From assembly GCF_016806735.1 (NCBI RefSeq), contig NZ_CP060530.1, forward strand, positions 570,001-602,000: a stretch of DNA of 32,000 nucleotides, given 5' to 3'. The stretch comes from Candidatus Micrarchaeum sp. GTDB lineage: Archaea; Micrarchaeota; Micrarchaeia; Micrarchaeales; Micrarchaeaceae. The position numbers were made by a program, and so were the translations under genes. The notes under the pieces were generated by a model. It was not told the DNA's origin. It searched no databases and worked only from the letters and a program-made list of their open reading frames with translations. Numbering within the stretch: position 1 is the first letter of the stretch; every line of letters begins with the position of its first letter. Below, in pieces: positions 1 to 7,795 of this stretch.

Positions 1-193
1 GGGAGAGGTTTTCTCCAAAAAGGACGGCTATATTGGATTGAAGGTAGACCCAGACATAACGAAGAGCGATGCGTTCGCTTCCATATTCAAGGATGAGGGC
101 ATAGAGGATTACAGGCTGTCCGAGCCAGGGCTAAGCAGCATACTTGAGAGCACGTACAAGTATATAGACTCAAACAAAAGGCCTGAGAAATGA
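1..193 (+). CDS. ABC transporter ATP-binding subunit, C-terminal fragment (5' end outside window)
   Basis: The frame starting at nt 2 is open from the window edge to TGA 191-193. The translation ...GEVFSKKDGYIGLKVDPD...YRLSEPGLSSILESTYKYI looks like the C-terminal region of an ABC-2-type ATPase. Its stop overlaps the ATG at 190 of the next permease gene (ATGA). Confidence 0.55.
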   Translation, partial: GEVFSKKDGYIGLKVDPDITKSDAFASIFKDEGIEDYRLSEPGLSSILESTYKYIDSNKRPEK

Positions 194-984
194 ATAGCAA
201 GTACTTTTCCGTATTCAAAGTTTTCTCGAAAAATGCAATGGCATACAGGGCAGAGATAGCTCTGGATGCAACCTTTTACATGCTCAGCTCGCTTGTCATG
301 GTAATAGTTTGGATGGCGGTTTATCACTTCTCTGCCCTTACTAGCATAAACGGAGTAACAATAAGCAGCATGACCATCTACCTTTTTGTAATAGGCAGCA
401 TAGGCTTCCTTTCATGGCCAGGAATAGCCAACGCACTGGAATCCGACATGCGCAGCGGCGAGATAGCTAGCTCGCTGATACGGCCCATAAAATACCCCTA
501 TGCGATCTTCATAAGGGACATACCTGAAAACCTTATATTCTCATTGGCAGGAACTCTTCCGATATTCATAATAATTTACGTGATCGCAGGGTTGCACCTT
601 ACGGCAATGCAGGTTTTGATGCTAGCAATAGAAATGGTGCTTGCCTACCTGATAATAAACTTCATAGGCTTCATAATAGGCTCGCTCGCGATATACATAA
701 CCGACATATACGGCATATTAAGCGGAATTACGTGGATGTTCTCGCTGCTCGGAGGCGGCATCATGCCGCTGCTGCTCTATCCGAAGCTACTTTACGGAAT
801 ACTGATGCTTACTCCGTTTCCGTTTCTTTATTTCGTGCCTGGAGGAACATTCACAGGAATGATACCTGCAGCGCAGCTGCCCGGGCTCGTGGCGGAAGGG
901 GCCATATGGGCATTGGTGCTGCTTGGCATCGCAGTTGTCGTATGGAAGCGCGTAAGCAGGGACATAAACGCAGTTGGTGTTTGA
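190..984 (+). CDS. ABC-2-type transporter permease (uncharacterised ABC-2 system, COG4587/PF06182-like)
   Basis: 264-aa ORF with about 6 hydrophobic helices. ATG 190 overlaps the upstream stop. The N-terminal FSKNAMAYRAEIALD pattern is typical of these paired permeases. A second permease follows directly (TGA 982-984, ATG 985). Confidence 0.7.
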   Translation: MNSKYFSVFKVFSKNAMAYRAEIALDATFYMLSSLVMVIVWMAVYHFSALTSINGVTISSMTIYLFVIGSIGFLSWPGIANALESDMRSGEIASSLIRPIKYPYAIFIRDIPENLIFSLAGTLPIFIIIYVIAGLHLTAMQVLMLAIEMVLAYLIINFIGFIIGSLAIYITDIYGILSGITWMFSLLGGGIMPLLLYPKLLYGILMLTPFPFLYFVPGGTFTGMIPAAQLPGLVAEGAIWALVLLGIAVVVWKRVSRDINAVGV

Positions 985-1776
985 ATGCTAGATAGCATAT
1001 CCAGAAACCTGAAGATGTACAATGCATCCCAGAAGGTGCTTTGGAAAGACATAGCAATTTACAGGACGCAGTTCATTGTCTGGATATTCGTTTTCATGAT
1101 GAGCACGGTAGCCAGCGTAGTCACTATAACGATAATATACGACGTATCAAGCGGCGTTGCAGGATGGAGCTATTACCAGGTACTGGTGATTAGCTCGCTG
1201 GCCAACATAATGATAGGGATAGTATTTTACAACATATCGCCCCAAAGGCTGGCAAGGACAATGCGCAACGGGCAGTTGGACCAGCGAATACTCAAGCCGT
1301 ACAACCCCATCGTTACAATGCTATCGCTTTACGGCACCAAGACATCCGTAGGCTCGGTAATAAGCGGTGCATTGGTCTTCGGATATGCGGCTTACATGGC
1401 AGGCATAAGCGCAATAGCCCTTTTCGAAATGCTGCTTATATTCGCTTTAGGGGTTGTTTCGCTGACAATGTTCCTTCTTATGATTACGCTTTTATCTTAC
1501 GTTCTTTTCAACAGCGCAGGATACATGCAGTGGGTTGCAAACATAGCCTCAAGGGCAGCGCAGTATCCGCTTACCATATACGGGCTTCCCGGAATACTGC
1601 TGTTCACGGTCGGATTGCCCATTGGCCTTGCAGCATTCTACCCGTCTGCGTTGATCTTCGGAAAGATAGGCCCTGAATCGGTAATGCTTGTGATTGCGAT
1701 CGAAGCCTTTATGATAGCTGTTTATTATTATGCCTGCAAGTGGCTTACCAAGAAGTACAGAAGCGGAGGCGGCTGA
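985..1776 (+). CDS. ABC-2-type transporter permease, second subunit (COG3694-like)
   Basis: 263-aa polytopic membrane ORF whose ATG directly abuts the preceding stop. It sits in the classic ATPase-permease-permease arrangement. Confidence 0.7.
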   Translation: MLDSISRNLKMYNASQKVLWKDIAIYRTQFIVWIFVFMMSTVASVVTITIIYDVSSGVAGWSYYQVLVISSLANIMIGIVFYNISPQRLARTMRNGQLDQRILKPYNPIVTMLSLYGTKTSVGSVISGALVFGYAAYMAGISAIALFEMLLIFALGVVSLTMFLLMITLLSYVLFNSAGYMQWVANIASRAAQYPLTIYGLPGILLFTVGLPIGLAAFYPSALIFGKIGPESVMLVIAIEAFMIAVYYYACKWLTKKYRSGGG

Positions 1777-1843
1777 AAATAAATTCCGCCAATAACCCCA
1801 AGTGCAGTCAGAACAAAAGGAATATGAATTGTAAAGAGCTTTG

Positions 1844-2137
1844 TTATTTCGACTTTTTGCGAACCTCCTTATGCTTTTCGGAGCTCTCGGATTCGTCTTT
1901 TGTCAGTTCCTCCTTCTGTTCGTTGATTTCGTGCTGTTCCTCCTTTATTTCTTTCTTTTCTACCTTTATCTCTTCTTCCTCTATGTACACGAAGTACATT
2001 GAAACTGCTATGGCTGCTATGGCTATGATGGAAGAAACAAGCGCAAGGTTATTGCTTTCGTAAAGTATTGAAAGAATGGCAATTATTACACCCAGTAGCC
2101 CTATTGTTGAAATCAGGTATTCTTGGCTTTTTTTCAT
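1844..2137 (-). CDS. small two-helix membrane protein with Glu/Lys-rich tail
   Basis: ATG 2135-2137 is preceded by AGGTGAT (rc of 2141-2147), which overlaps the stop of the upstream glycoprotein gene. There are two hydrophobic helices (LISTIGLLGVIIAILSIL and LALVSSIIAIAAIAVSMYFVY), then a ~45-aa EEEE/KEEK low-complexity tail. Confidence 0.6.
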   Translation of the reverse strand: MKKSQEYLISTIGLLGVIIAILSILYESNNLALVSSIIAIAAIAVSMYFVYIEEEEIKVEKKEIKEEQHEINEQKEELTKDESESSEKHKEVRKKSK

Positions 2138-2146
2138 AAGATCACC

Positions 2147-3460
2147 TTATCTTTTCCCAGCGCGTCTCAAGCTGCCGAAAGCTGCTGTAGATGCCGAAGT
2201 TACCACGACAGCGACTGCAGCAGTGTCCCTGGTATTTTTTTCTTCCTGCTGTTTTTTATTGTTGTTTGTTTGCGGAGCCTGATTTATCGTGGTTGTCGGA
2301 ACCGTTGTCGATACTGTTGTAGTTGTATGAATAGTTGTTGTAGATACAGTAGTCGTTTGGGTAGATGGGCTGCTATGTTGCTGCGGTATTGTTGTGGTGG
2401 TTGTCGTATTTATGGTTGTTGTAGTTGGATGGCCACCGCCAGTTGGCAGTTTTTGGATTATCGATATGTTCATGCTTGCAGGAAAATAGAAATCAAGATA
2501 ACAGTTTGAATTTCCCTTGTAATATTCATACAAACTTACATATGAGCTGTAATTCCCGTAATATTCGATCCCTGAAAGCGGACCCGCAGGAAGGTTGCAG
2601 GCATATACGCTTTGTACTTTTGCTATTGCAGGAAGGTAGTTACCGTTGTAATCGGTATATGCACCAACGTAATAGAAGCCCGAATATCCCCTCGGGATTT
2701 TGCCGGTTAGATTAAGCGGCTTATAGACTTCTACGCTGACGTTATTGTATTCCAGCGTCTGGTTGCGAATCTTGCTGGCCGTAATATTTGCCAGTACTGC
2801 ATTTTGGATTATCGAATTTGTATCCAAAGATGACTGGTTTACATTACCGCCATAATAACATTGTGCTGGATAGAACGTTATAGTTAAATTGCCAGTTATG
2901 TAGGAAGGGCCTACGTTCTGGCAGTTGAGGGTTATCCCATTAGTGAATGATTCCTGAGAAGAGTTTATGTCAGTTATGTTTATTATCTTTGTCTGCACGC
3001 TCTCGTTTACAACCACGTTTCCATTAAGGAATATTTCAGTGGATATTTTATACGAGTGCTGCGGAGCCACTGCAAGTATTGAAAGATTTTGGTTTATGTA
3101 GTTTGTGGCATTTCCTATGAGGCCGTATAGGTTCAGTATTGTATTGTGCCTTATGCTCCTGTTGTATCCAAAGCAAAAGTAGTCTGAATCGCTTCCGTTC
3201 GAATAAGGCGCAGTGCAGTTAAGCTGAAGGCCGTCGGCCGAGTCGTTAAAGGAAAAGAGGTAGTAATCCGTAGTATTTATTTTCGACAGCACAGTTATGT
3301 TGGCTGTTGTTAACCCATACCCTGAAAAGTTTGTAATAACGTTGGCATAATAGCTGCCAGCGACTATATTCGCAGGGAAATAAGCAGATGATATCCCAAA
3401 AAGGAGAATAGATAATAGCACAGTCAGGGTCATTGCGTGCTTTATTATCAATTTAATCAT
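2147..3460 (-). CDS. secreted, C-terminally membrane-anchored surface glycoprotein (S-layer-like architecture)
   Basis: The ORF-track start at 3469 is TTG; the first ATG is at 3460. The N-terminus MIKLIIKHAMTLTVLLSILLFGISSA-YF looks like a Sec-type signal. The mature part is Asn/Tyr/Thr-rich, with about 21 N-x-S/T sequons by my count and 6 Cys. It ends with a Thr-rich stalk, one TM helix (TAAVAVVVTSASTAAFGSL) and the basic tail RRAGKR. No family recognised. Confidence 0.7.
   Translation of the reverse strand: MIKLIIKHAMTLTVLLSILLFGISSAYFPANIVAGSYYANVITNFSGYGLTTANITVLSKINTTDYYLFSFNDSADGLQLNCTAPYSNGSDSDYFCFGYNRSIRHNTILNLYGLIGNATNYINQNLSILAVAPQHSYKISTEIFLNGNVVVNESVQTKIINITDINSSQESFTNGITLNCQNVGPSYITGNLTITFYPAQCYYGGNVNQSSLDTNSIIQNAVLANITASKIRNQTLEYNNVSVEVYKPLNLTGKIPRGYSGFYYVGAYTDYNGNYLPAIAKVQSVYACNLPAGPLSGIEYYGNYSSYVSLYEYYKGNSNCYLDFYFPASMNISIIQKLPTGGGHPTTTTINTTTTTTIPQQHSSPSTQTTTVSTTTIHTTTTVSTTVPTTTINQAPQTNNNKKQQEEKNTRDTAAVAVVVTSASTAAFGSLRRAGKR
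2267..2425 (-). repeat. low-complexity Thr-codon tract (Thr/Ser/Pro stalk of the glycoprotein)
   Basis: Encodes TTTTINTTTTTTIPQQHSSPSTQTTTVSTTTIHTTTTVSTTVPTTTINQAPQT. On the + strand it appears as reiterated ggt/tgt/agt/cgt triplets. Confidence 0.8.
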
Positions 3461-3485
3461 CCTTCTCAAATCACGTCAAAGCCGG

Positions 3486-3498
3486 AATATAAATAAAG
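3486..3498 (-). promoter_or_regulatory. TATA-box-like element upstream of the glycoprotein gene
   Basis: The minus strand reads CTTTATTTATATT, about 30 nt upstream of ATG 3460. This spacing implies a short or absent leader. Confidence 0.35.
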
Positions 3499-3503
3499 AA
3501 AGC

Positions 3504-3523
3504 GCACCGTCAAAATACGGTGC
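3504..3523 (-). terminator. hairpin plus T-rich tract terminator after the 293-aa secreted protein gene
   Basis: A 7-bp stem, gcaccgt (3504-3510) with acggtgc (3517-3523), flanks a 6-nt loop. It lies 20 nt past the stop at 3543. On the minus strand it is followed by GCTTTCTTTATTTATATT. Confidence 0.5.
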
Positions 3524-3542
3524 AACTATTAATTTACTGTAT

Positions 3543-4424
3543 TCAGTTGTTTACCAAAGCCCTGCTGCTTGCTACTGCCTTTATTGTAAATGTCAACGAG
3601 CCTTTGTAGGCGCTAGGTACTACGAACCCTATGACAGAGCTGGGCTGCACTCCAGGTATATAATACCTAAATGCATTTGCAGGTATTGAGGGCATTCCTA
3701 CCTGAGGAGTATTGGCAGTGCCTGCAAAGGTTGACTGGTTGAGTAGATAGTAGTACTGAGAATTTAAAGATATGGAATTGAAAGCTTCTCCACCAATCCA
3801 GTTTGTAACCGTTATAGTATTAGCCGTAGGATTTAGGTAGCTGTTTGCCGGAACGTTGTATGTATAGAAACCGCTCGTTATTGTATTGCTTTGCAGACTG
3901 TCAAGGATGTTCATGAAGTTTCCATTGTTTATATTCGCTTGCAGAGAGTTGCTTGCGGGGTTGCTATTTATAGAGTTGGCGACTGTCGAATTCAATCCGC
4001 TACCCAAAAAGTATACGTCTATCGGAAACATAGTATTTGATGTTGATGCAGGGGTTTCGTTTATAATGTCAACTAGTGTTGAATTTACCTGCCTGTTTGC
4101 GTTGTTTATTGTGTTAACACCATAAATTATATCATTGCCTGCGTATACCTGTATAGTATTGCTAGCAGAAGAGGCAGAGTTGACTATCAGAGTATTGAAA
4201 TTTCCTGAAACATAATTTCCAGTATAAAGTGATATGCTTATTGGTGGCGTGACATTTGCCGGTTGCACTACCTGTGCTACTACTGCGTTGTACACCACAA
4301 GTGTTGTTGCGGCAGTCGCGGACACGAACAGTATTGACATCAAGGCCCAGACAGGTATTGACAGCTCCCCGAACCTTATTGCCTCTCTTTTCCAAATCGA
4401 ACCCTTATTGGTTTTGCTTCCCAT
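3543..4424 (-). CDS. secreted or surface-filament-like Asn/Ser/Thr-rich protein (unknown family)
   Basis: The ORF-track start at 4463 is TTG. The first ATG (4422-4424) is preceded by GGTGA (rc of 4430-4434) with a 5-nt spacer. The N-terminus MGSKTNKGSIWKREAIRFG-ELSIPVWALMSILFVSATAA has a charged n-region and a long hydrophobic segment. The rest is Cys-free and Asn/Ser/Thr-rich. The gene has its own upstream AT-rich boxes and a downstream terminator. Confidence 0.65.
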   Translation of the reverse strand: MGSKTNKGSIWKREAIRFGELSIPVWALMSILFVSATAATTLVVYNAVVAQVVQPANVTPPISISLYTGNYVSGNFNTLIVNSASSASNTIQVYAGNDIIYGVNTINNANRQVNSTLVDIINETPASTSNTMFPIDVYFLGSGLNSTVANSINSNPASNSLQANINNGNFMNILDSLQSNTITSGFYTYNVPANSYLNPTANTITVTNWIGGEAFNSISLNSQYYYLLNQSTFAGTANTPQVGMPSIPANAFRYYIPGVQPSSVIGFVVPSAYKGSLTFTIKAVASSRALVNN

Positions 4425-4504
4425 AGTTTTCACCGATGTGTTGCACAAAAGCCAAATCCGCAAATCACAAGGACTAGCTAAATTTATGTTGGATTGAATA
4501 TACT

Positions 4505-4516
4505 AAATATATAAAG
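4505..4516 (-). promoter_or_regulatory. TATA-box-like element upstream of the 293-aa secreted protein gene
   Basis: The minus strand reads CTTTATATATTT, a close match to the archaeal TTTAWATA box. It lies about 80 nt upstream of ATG 4424, which would give a leadered mRNA carrying the SD. Confidence 0.3.
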
Positions 4517-4549
4517 GTATACTACGGCTTTCAGTTGTTTAAATATTCA

Positions 4550-5719
4550 TCACATTGCAACTACTGCGTCTTTCTTTGGGGTCCTAGCTTTTTTTGATAG
4601 CAGTAATGGCATTATGAGAGAAAGAATTATTGTGCCAACCAGAACCACAGTGTAAAGGCTGATTGATATTATTCCGCTCTGGAGAGCCAGGGTGGCTATT
4701 ATTATCCCAACTGCACCCCTGCTTCCGAGTATGCCTATGGATTCCTTGCTGCTTATTCTTGAAAGACGGTTCTTCGATACAAAATAGTTCAGGGTTCCTC
4801 CGACTACTGCGCTTATTACTACCATGGATACTAGGATTTCAGTATAAGTAAGCGAAGGTACTGCGAAGTCCAACCCTGCGATGCTGAAGAAAACAGGTAT
4901 GAAAAAGCTGTCATTAAGCCTCCTGAACGTATTTTCCAGTATTCTGGTGGTTTTTGACCCGACAGTAGTTTTATGCACCAGCATTCCGGCGAAAAGAGCG
5001 CCGAGCACATAGGTTATTCCTATAAGCTGCAGTATGGCAGCTATTATCAGGCTAAGAATTATTATTATGGCGAAAACTACTGCTTCCTCCTTCGCTTTTA
5101 TCATCCTCTCGAAAAATCCCCTGACCTTCGCATCGTGGTATCTGAGGGTCCTATCCACATAGAGCAGTGCAGCAATGAATACTATTATGCTTATTATTAC
5201 GCCAGCCAAATGCGATGCCTTCAGAGCTGCGGCAAGAACTACAAAGGCCAGTATGTCAGTCATTATGACTCCGCTAAGTATCCTTTTGCCGTCCTCCAAA
5301 TTTATCATAGCATATCTGTATACAAGGACTGAGATTATTGATATGGAAGGAACGCCTATTGCCACTGCGGTTATGACTCCGGCAGCTACTCCAAGATGAA
5401 AGACAAAAACAGCTATTAGTGCCATTATCGTAACAGGTATTACAAATGATGAAAATGTGAAGGATGTTGCGCTTTTGAGGTGGTTGGTGAGCACCTCGGT
5501 CGTTATCTGCAAGCCAATGAAGAGCAGTATGAAGAATATGGCAACTTCTGCTATTCCGGAGAGCACTGACGAAGGCTGCACTATGCCAAGTATGGCTGGG
5601 CTCAGTATCATGCCCGCTATTATCTGCCCTACTATCTCGGTTACACCTATTCTCTCAAAAAGCTTGCCCAGTATGGTTGAGAGCGAAAGCAGAAGCAATA
5701 GTGCTATTAATATTTCCAC
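4550..5719 (-). CDS. monovalent cation:proton antiporter (CPA2, Kef/NapA-type Na+/H+ exchanger family)
   Basis: 389-aa protein with about 11-12 hydrophobic helices. The N-terminal LGKLFERIGVTEIVGQIIAGMILSPAILG matches the signature region of the Na+/H+ exchanger family. The start codon at 5719 is GTG. Confidence 0.8.
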   Translation of the reverse strand: MEILIALLLLLSLSTILGKLFERIGVTEIVGQIIAGMILSPAILGIVQPSSVLSGIAEVAIFFILLFIGLQITTEVLTNHLKSATSFTFSSFVIPVTIMALIAVFVFHLGVAAGVITAVAIGVPSISIISVLVYRYAMINLEDGKRILSGVIMTDILAFVVLAAALKASHLAGVIISIIVFIAALLYVDRTLRYHDAKVRGFFERMIKAKEEAVVFAIIIILSLIIAAILQLIGITYVLGALFAGMLVHKTTVGSKTTRILENTFRRLNDSFFIPVFFSIAGLDFAVPSLTYTEILVSMVVISAVVGGTLNYFVSKNRLSRISSKESIGILGSRGAVGIIIATLALQSGIISISLYTVVLVGTIILSLIMPLLLSKKARTPKKDAVVAM

Positions 5720-5739
5720 AATCGATTTCTTTTGTGAAG

Positions 5740-5812
5740 CTATTTAAAAATAGTGTGTATTCATGCAGCGTAGTTTAATATTAAACCATCCTGCAAAAAG
5801 GTTAAAAAGGTT
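5740..5812. promoter_or_regulatory. divergent promoter/operator region between the antiporter and lonB
   Basis: Three elements are visible. CTATTT-AA-AAATAG (5740-5753) is an inverted repeat and TATA-like box about 28 nt from GTG 5719. GTTTAATATTAAAC (5773-5786) is a perfect 14-bp palindrome. AAAAAGGTT is repeated in direct tandem (5795-5803 and 5804-5812). Confidence 0.4.
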
Positions 5813-5827
5813 TATTGGATAATTCAT

Positions 5828-7783
5828 ATGCTTTCTACAGGGCATAATATGAGCGAAAAAGAGATAAGGTCAACGAAGGACATAGAGGTCCCGGAAAAGC
5901 TTATAGATCAGGTAATCGGGCAGACGGGAGCCATAGCGATAATAAAAAAGGCCGCGAAGCAGAGAAGAAACGTTTTTCTGGTTGGGGAGCCGGGAACCGG
6001 AAAGACCATGCTCGCACAAGCCATGTCGGAATTGCTCTCAGTCATGGATCTCGAAGATATACTTGTATACAGGAACATGAATGACGAGAACGTCCCGATA
6101 ATAAAGACCGTCAAGACCTACACCAACCAAGAGGACAGGAAGAAGCACCTTGATGGCCAGGGCAGGCAGATAGTGCAGAAGGAGCGCATTAGTGCCAGGG
6201 CAGCGCTCGGAAAAACGACATCTCTCGTGACCCCAATAGTATTTATTCTTGTAATAGCGCTTCTGGCGCTTTCGCTGAGCGGGCTGATAAAAGGCTACGA
6301 CATAATAGTCCTGGCCGCACTCATACTTGGAATAATGATTTTCGGCTCTGTATTCCTATTTATGGGCGGGCTTACAAGGCGCGTTGGCATGCCGGGAATG
6401 AACGACGCAAACGAACCGAAGCTCATAGTTGACAATACCGGAATGGACCATGCGCCGTTCATAGACGCTACAGGCTCTAAGGCAGGAGCACTTTTCGGCG
6501 ACGTCAGACACGATCCGCTTCAGACCGGTGGGCTGGGTACTCCTGCACACTTGAGAGTCGAAAGCGGAGGAATACACAAGGCGAACAAAGGAGTGCTTTT
6601 CATAGACGAGATATCGAGCCTTGACCCTAAATCCCAACAGGAATTGCTTACCGCGATGCAGGAAAAGAGGTATTCGATAACCGGGCAGAGCGAAATGAGC
6701 TCCGGAGCTCTGGTAAGAACCGAGCCAGTTCCGTGCGACTTTATACTCGTAGCTGCGGGAAACCTTCAGGATATACAGCACATGCATCCAGCGCTTAGAT
6801 CAAGAATAAGGGGATACGGATACGAAGTATTCATGGAATCTACGATGTCGGATACGCCACAGAACAGGAAACAGCTGATGCAGTTCGTAGCTCAGGAGGT
6901 CAAGAAGGACGGAAAGATACCACCCTTTGATGCTAGTGCACTGGATGCAATAATAGAAGAGGCGAGAAAAAGAGCAGGCAGGAAGGGCAGATTGTCGCTA
7001 ATACTTAGGGACCTTGGTGGACTCATAAGGGCTGCAGGAGACATTGCGGTTGAACGCGGTCAAAGCGAGGTTACTGCCAAGGACGTGGAGTCCGCAAAAG
7101 CGCTGGCCATGCCGATAGAAGCCCAGGTAGTTTCACAGCAGATAAATTACAGGAAGGATTATCAGGTATTTACAAACAAGGGATATGCAATAGGCAAGGT
7201 GAACGGGCTTGCAGTTGTCGGCTCTTCGATAATGACGGCAGGCATAATAGTGCCGATAGTGGCAGAAGTGACGCCAGCGAGCTCAAGGAGCGAAGGCAGG
7301 TTCATACCTACCGGAAAGCTGGGCAAGATTGCAAGCGAAGCAGTAAAGAACGTCAGCGCAATAATAAAGAAGCACATGGGCAAGGACGTGGCCAATTACG
7401 ACATGCATGTGCAGTTCCTCCAGACATATGAAGGGATAGAGGGAGACAGCGCCAGCATATCCGTAGCGGTAAGCATAATATCCGCAATGGAATCACTTCC
7501 GGTAGACCAGAGCATTGCAATGACGGGATCGCTTTCCGTAAGGGGCGCAGTACTGCCGGTCGGAGGAGTAACCAGCAAGGTCGAAGCCGCAATAAGCACC
7601 GGAATGCGCGCAGTAATAATACCATACTCAAACAAGGATGACATTTACATAAGCAAGGATCGCATAAAGAAAATAAAGATAATACCGGTAAAGAACTTCG
7701 CAGAAGTGCTGGAGCATGCGATAAGGAAAAGCAAGAGGCGCGACGAGATAATAAGCGAGCTGCGCAAGTACGAAAAGCAGTAA
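5828..7783 (+). CDS. lonB: archaeal membrane-anchored ATP-dependent Lon protease (LonB)
   Basis: Walker [10 protein letters not shown] is present. Two TM helices ([20 protein letters not shown] and [23 protein letters not shown]) are inserted before Walker B VLFIDEI. The C-terminal Lon protease domain has the catalytic Ser in EGDSASIS and Lys in [10 protein letters not shown]. The start may instead be ATG 5849 (MSEKE). Confidence 0.95.
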   Translation: MLSTGHNMSEKEIRSTKDIEVPEKLIDQVIGQTGAIAIIKKAAKQRRNVFLVGEPGTGKTMLAQAMSELLSVMDLEDILVYRNMNDENVPIIKTVKTYTNQEDRKKHLDGQGRQIVQKERISARAALGKTTSLVTPIVFILVIALLALSLSGLIKGYDIIVLAALILGIMIFGSVFLFMGGLTRRVGMPGMNDANEPKLIVDNTGMDHAPFIDATGSKAGALFGDVRHDPLQTGGLGTPAHLRVESGGIHKANKGVLFIDEISSLDPKSQQELLTAMQEKRYSITGQSEMSSGALVRTEPVPCDFILVAAGNLQDIQHMHPALRSRIRGYGYEVFMESTMSDTPQNRKQLMQFVAQEVKKDGKIPPFDASALDAIIEEARKRAGRKGRLSLILRDLGGLIRAAGDIAVERGQSEVTAKDVESAKALAMPIEAQVVSQQINYRKDYQVFTNKGYAIGKVNGLAVVGSSIMTAGIIVPIVAEVTPASSRSEGRFIPTGKLGKIASEAVKNVSAIIKKHMGKDVANYDMHVQFLQTYEGIEGDSASISVAVSIISAMESLPVDQSIAMTGSLSVRGAVLPVGGVTSKVEAAISTGMRAVIIPYSNKDDIYISKDRIKKIKIIPVKNFAEVLEHAIRKSKRRDEIISELRKYEKQ

Positions 7784-7795
7784 TCTGGTGAGCAT

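Noticed and set aside
2150-2224. PGF-CTERM/archaeosortase signal at the glycoprotein C-terminus
   Set aside because: The Thr stalk + TM + basic tail layout fits, but no PGF, PEF or VPXXXP signature is present (only AFG near the helix end). I kept it only as a low-interest open question.
1740-2509. Plus-strand ORFs 1740-2063, 2076-2282 and 2123-2509, with Ser/Cys/Phe-rich translations
   Set aside because: They mirror the low-complexity Glu/Lys and Thr tracts of the minus-strand genes. Those minus-strand genes have SD motifs, signal peptides and TM helices, so the plus-strand readings are artefacts.
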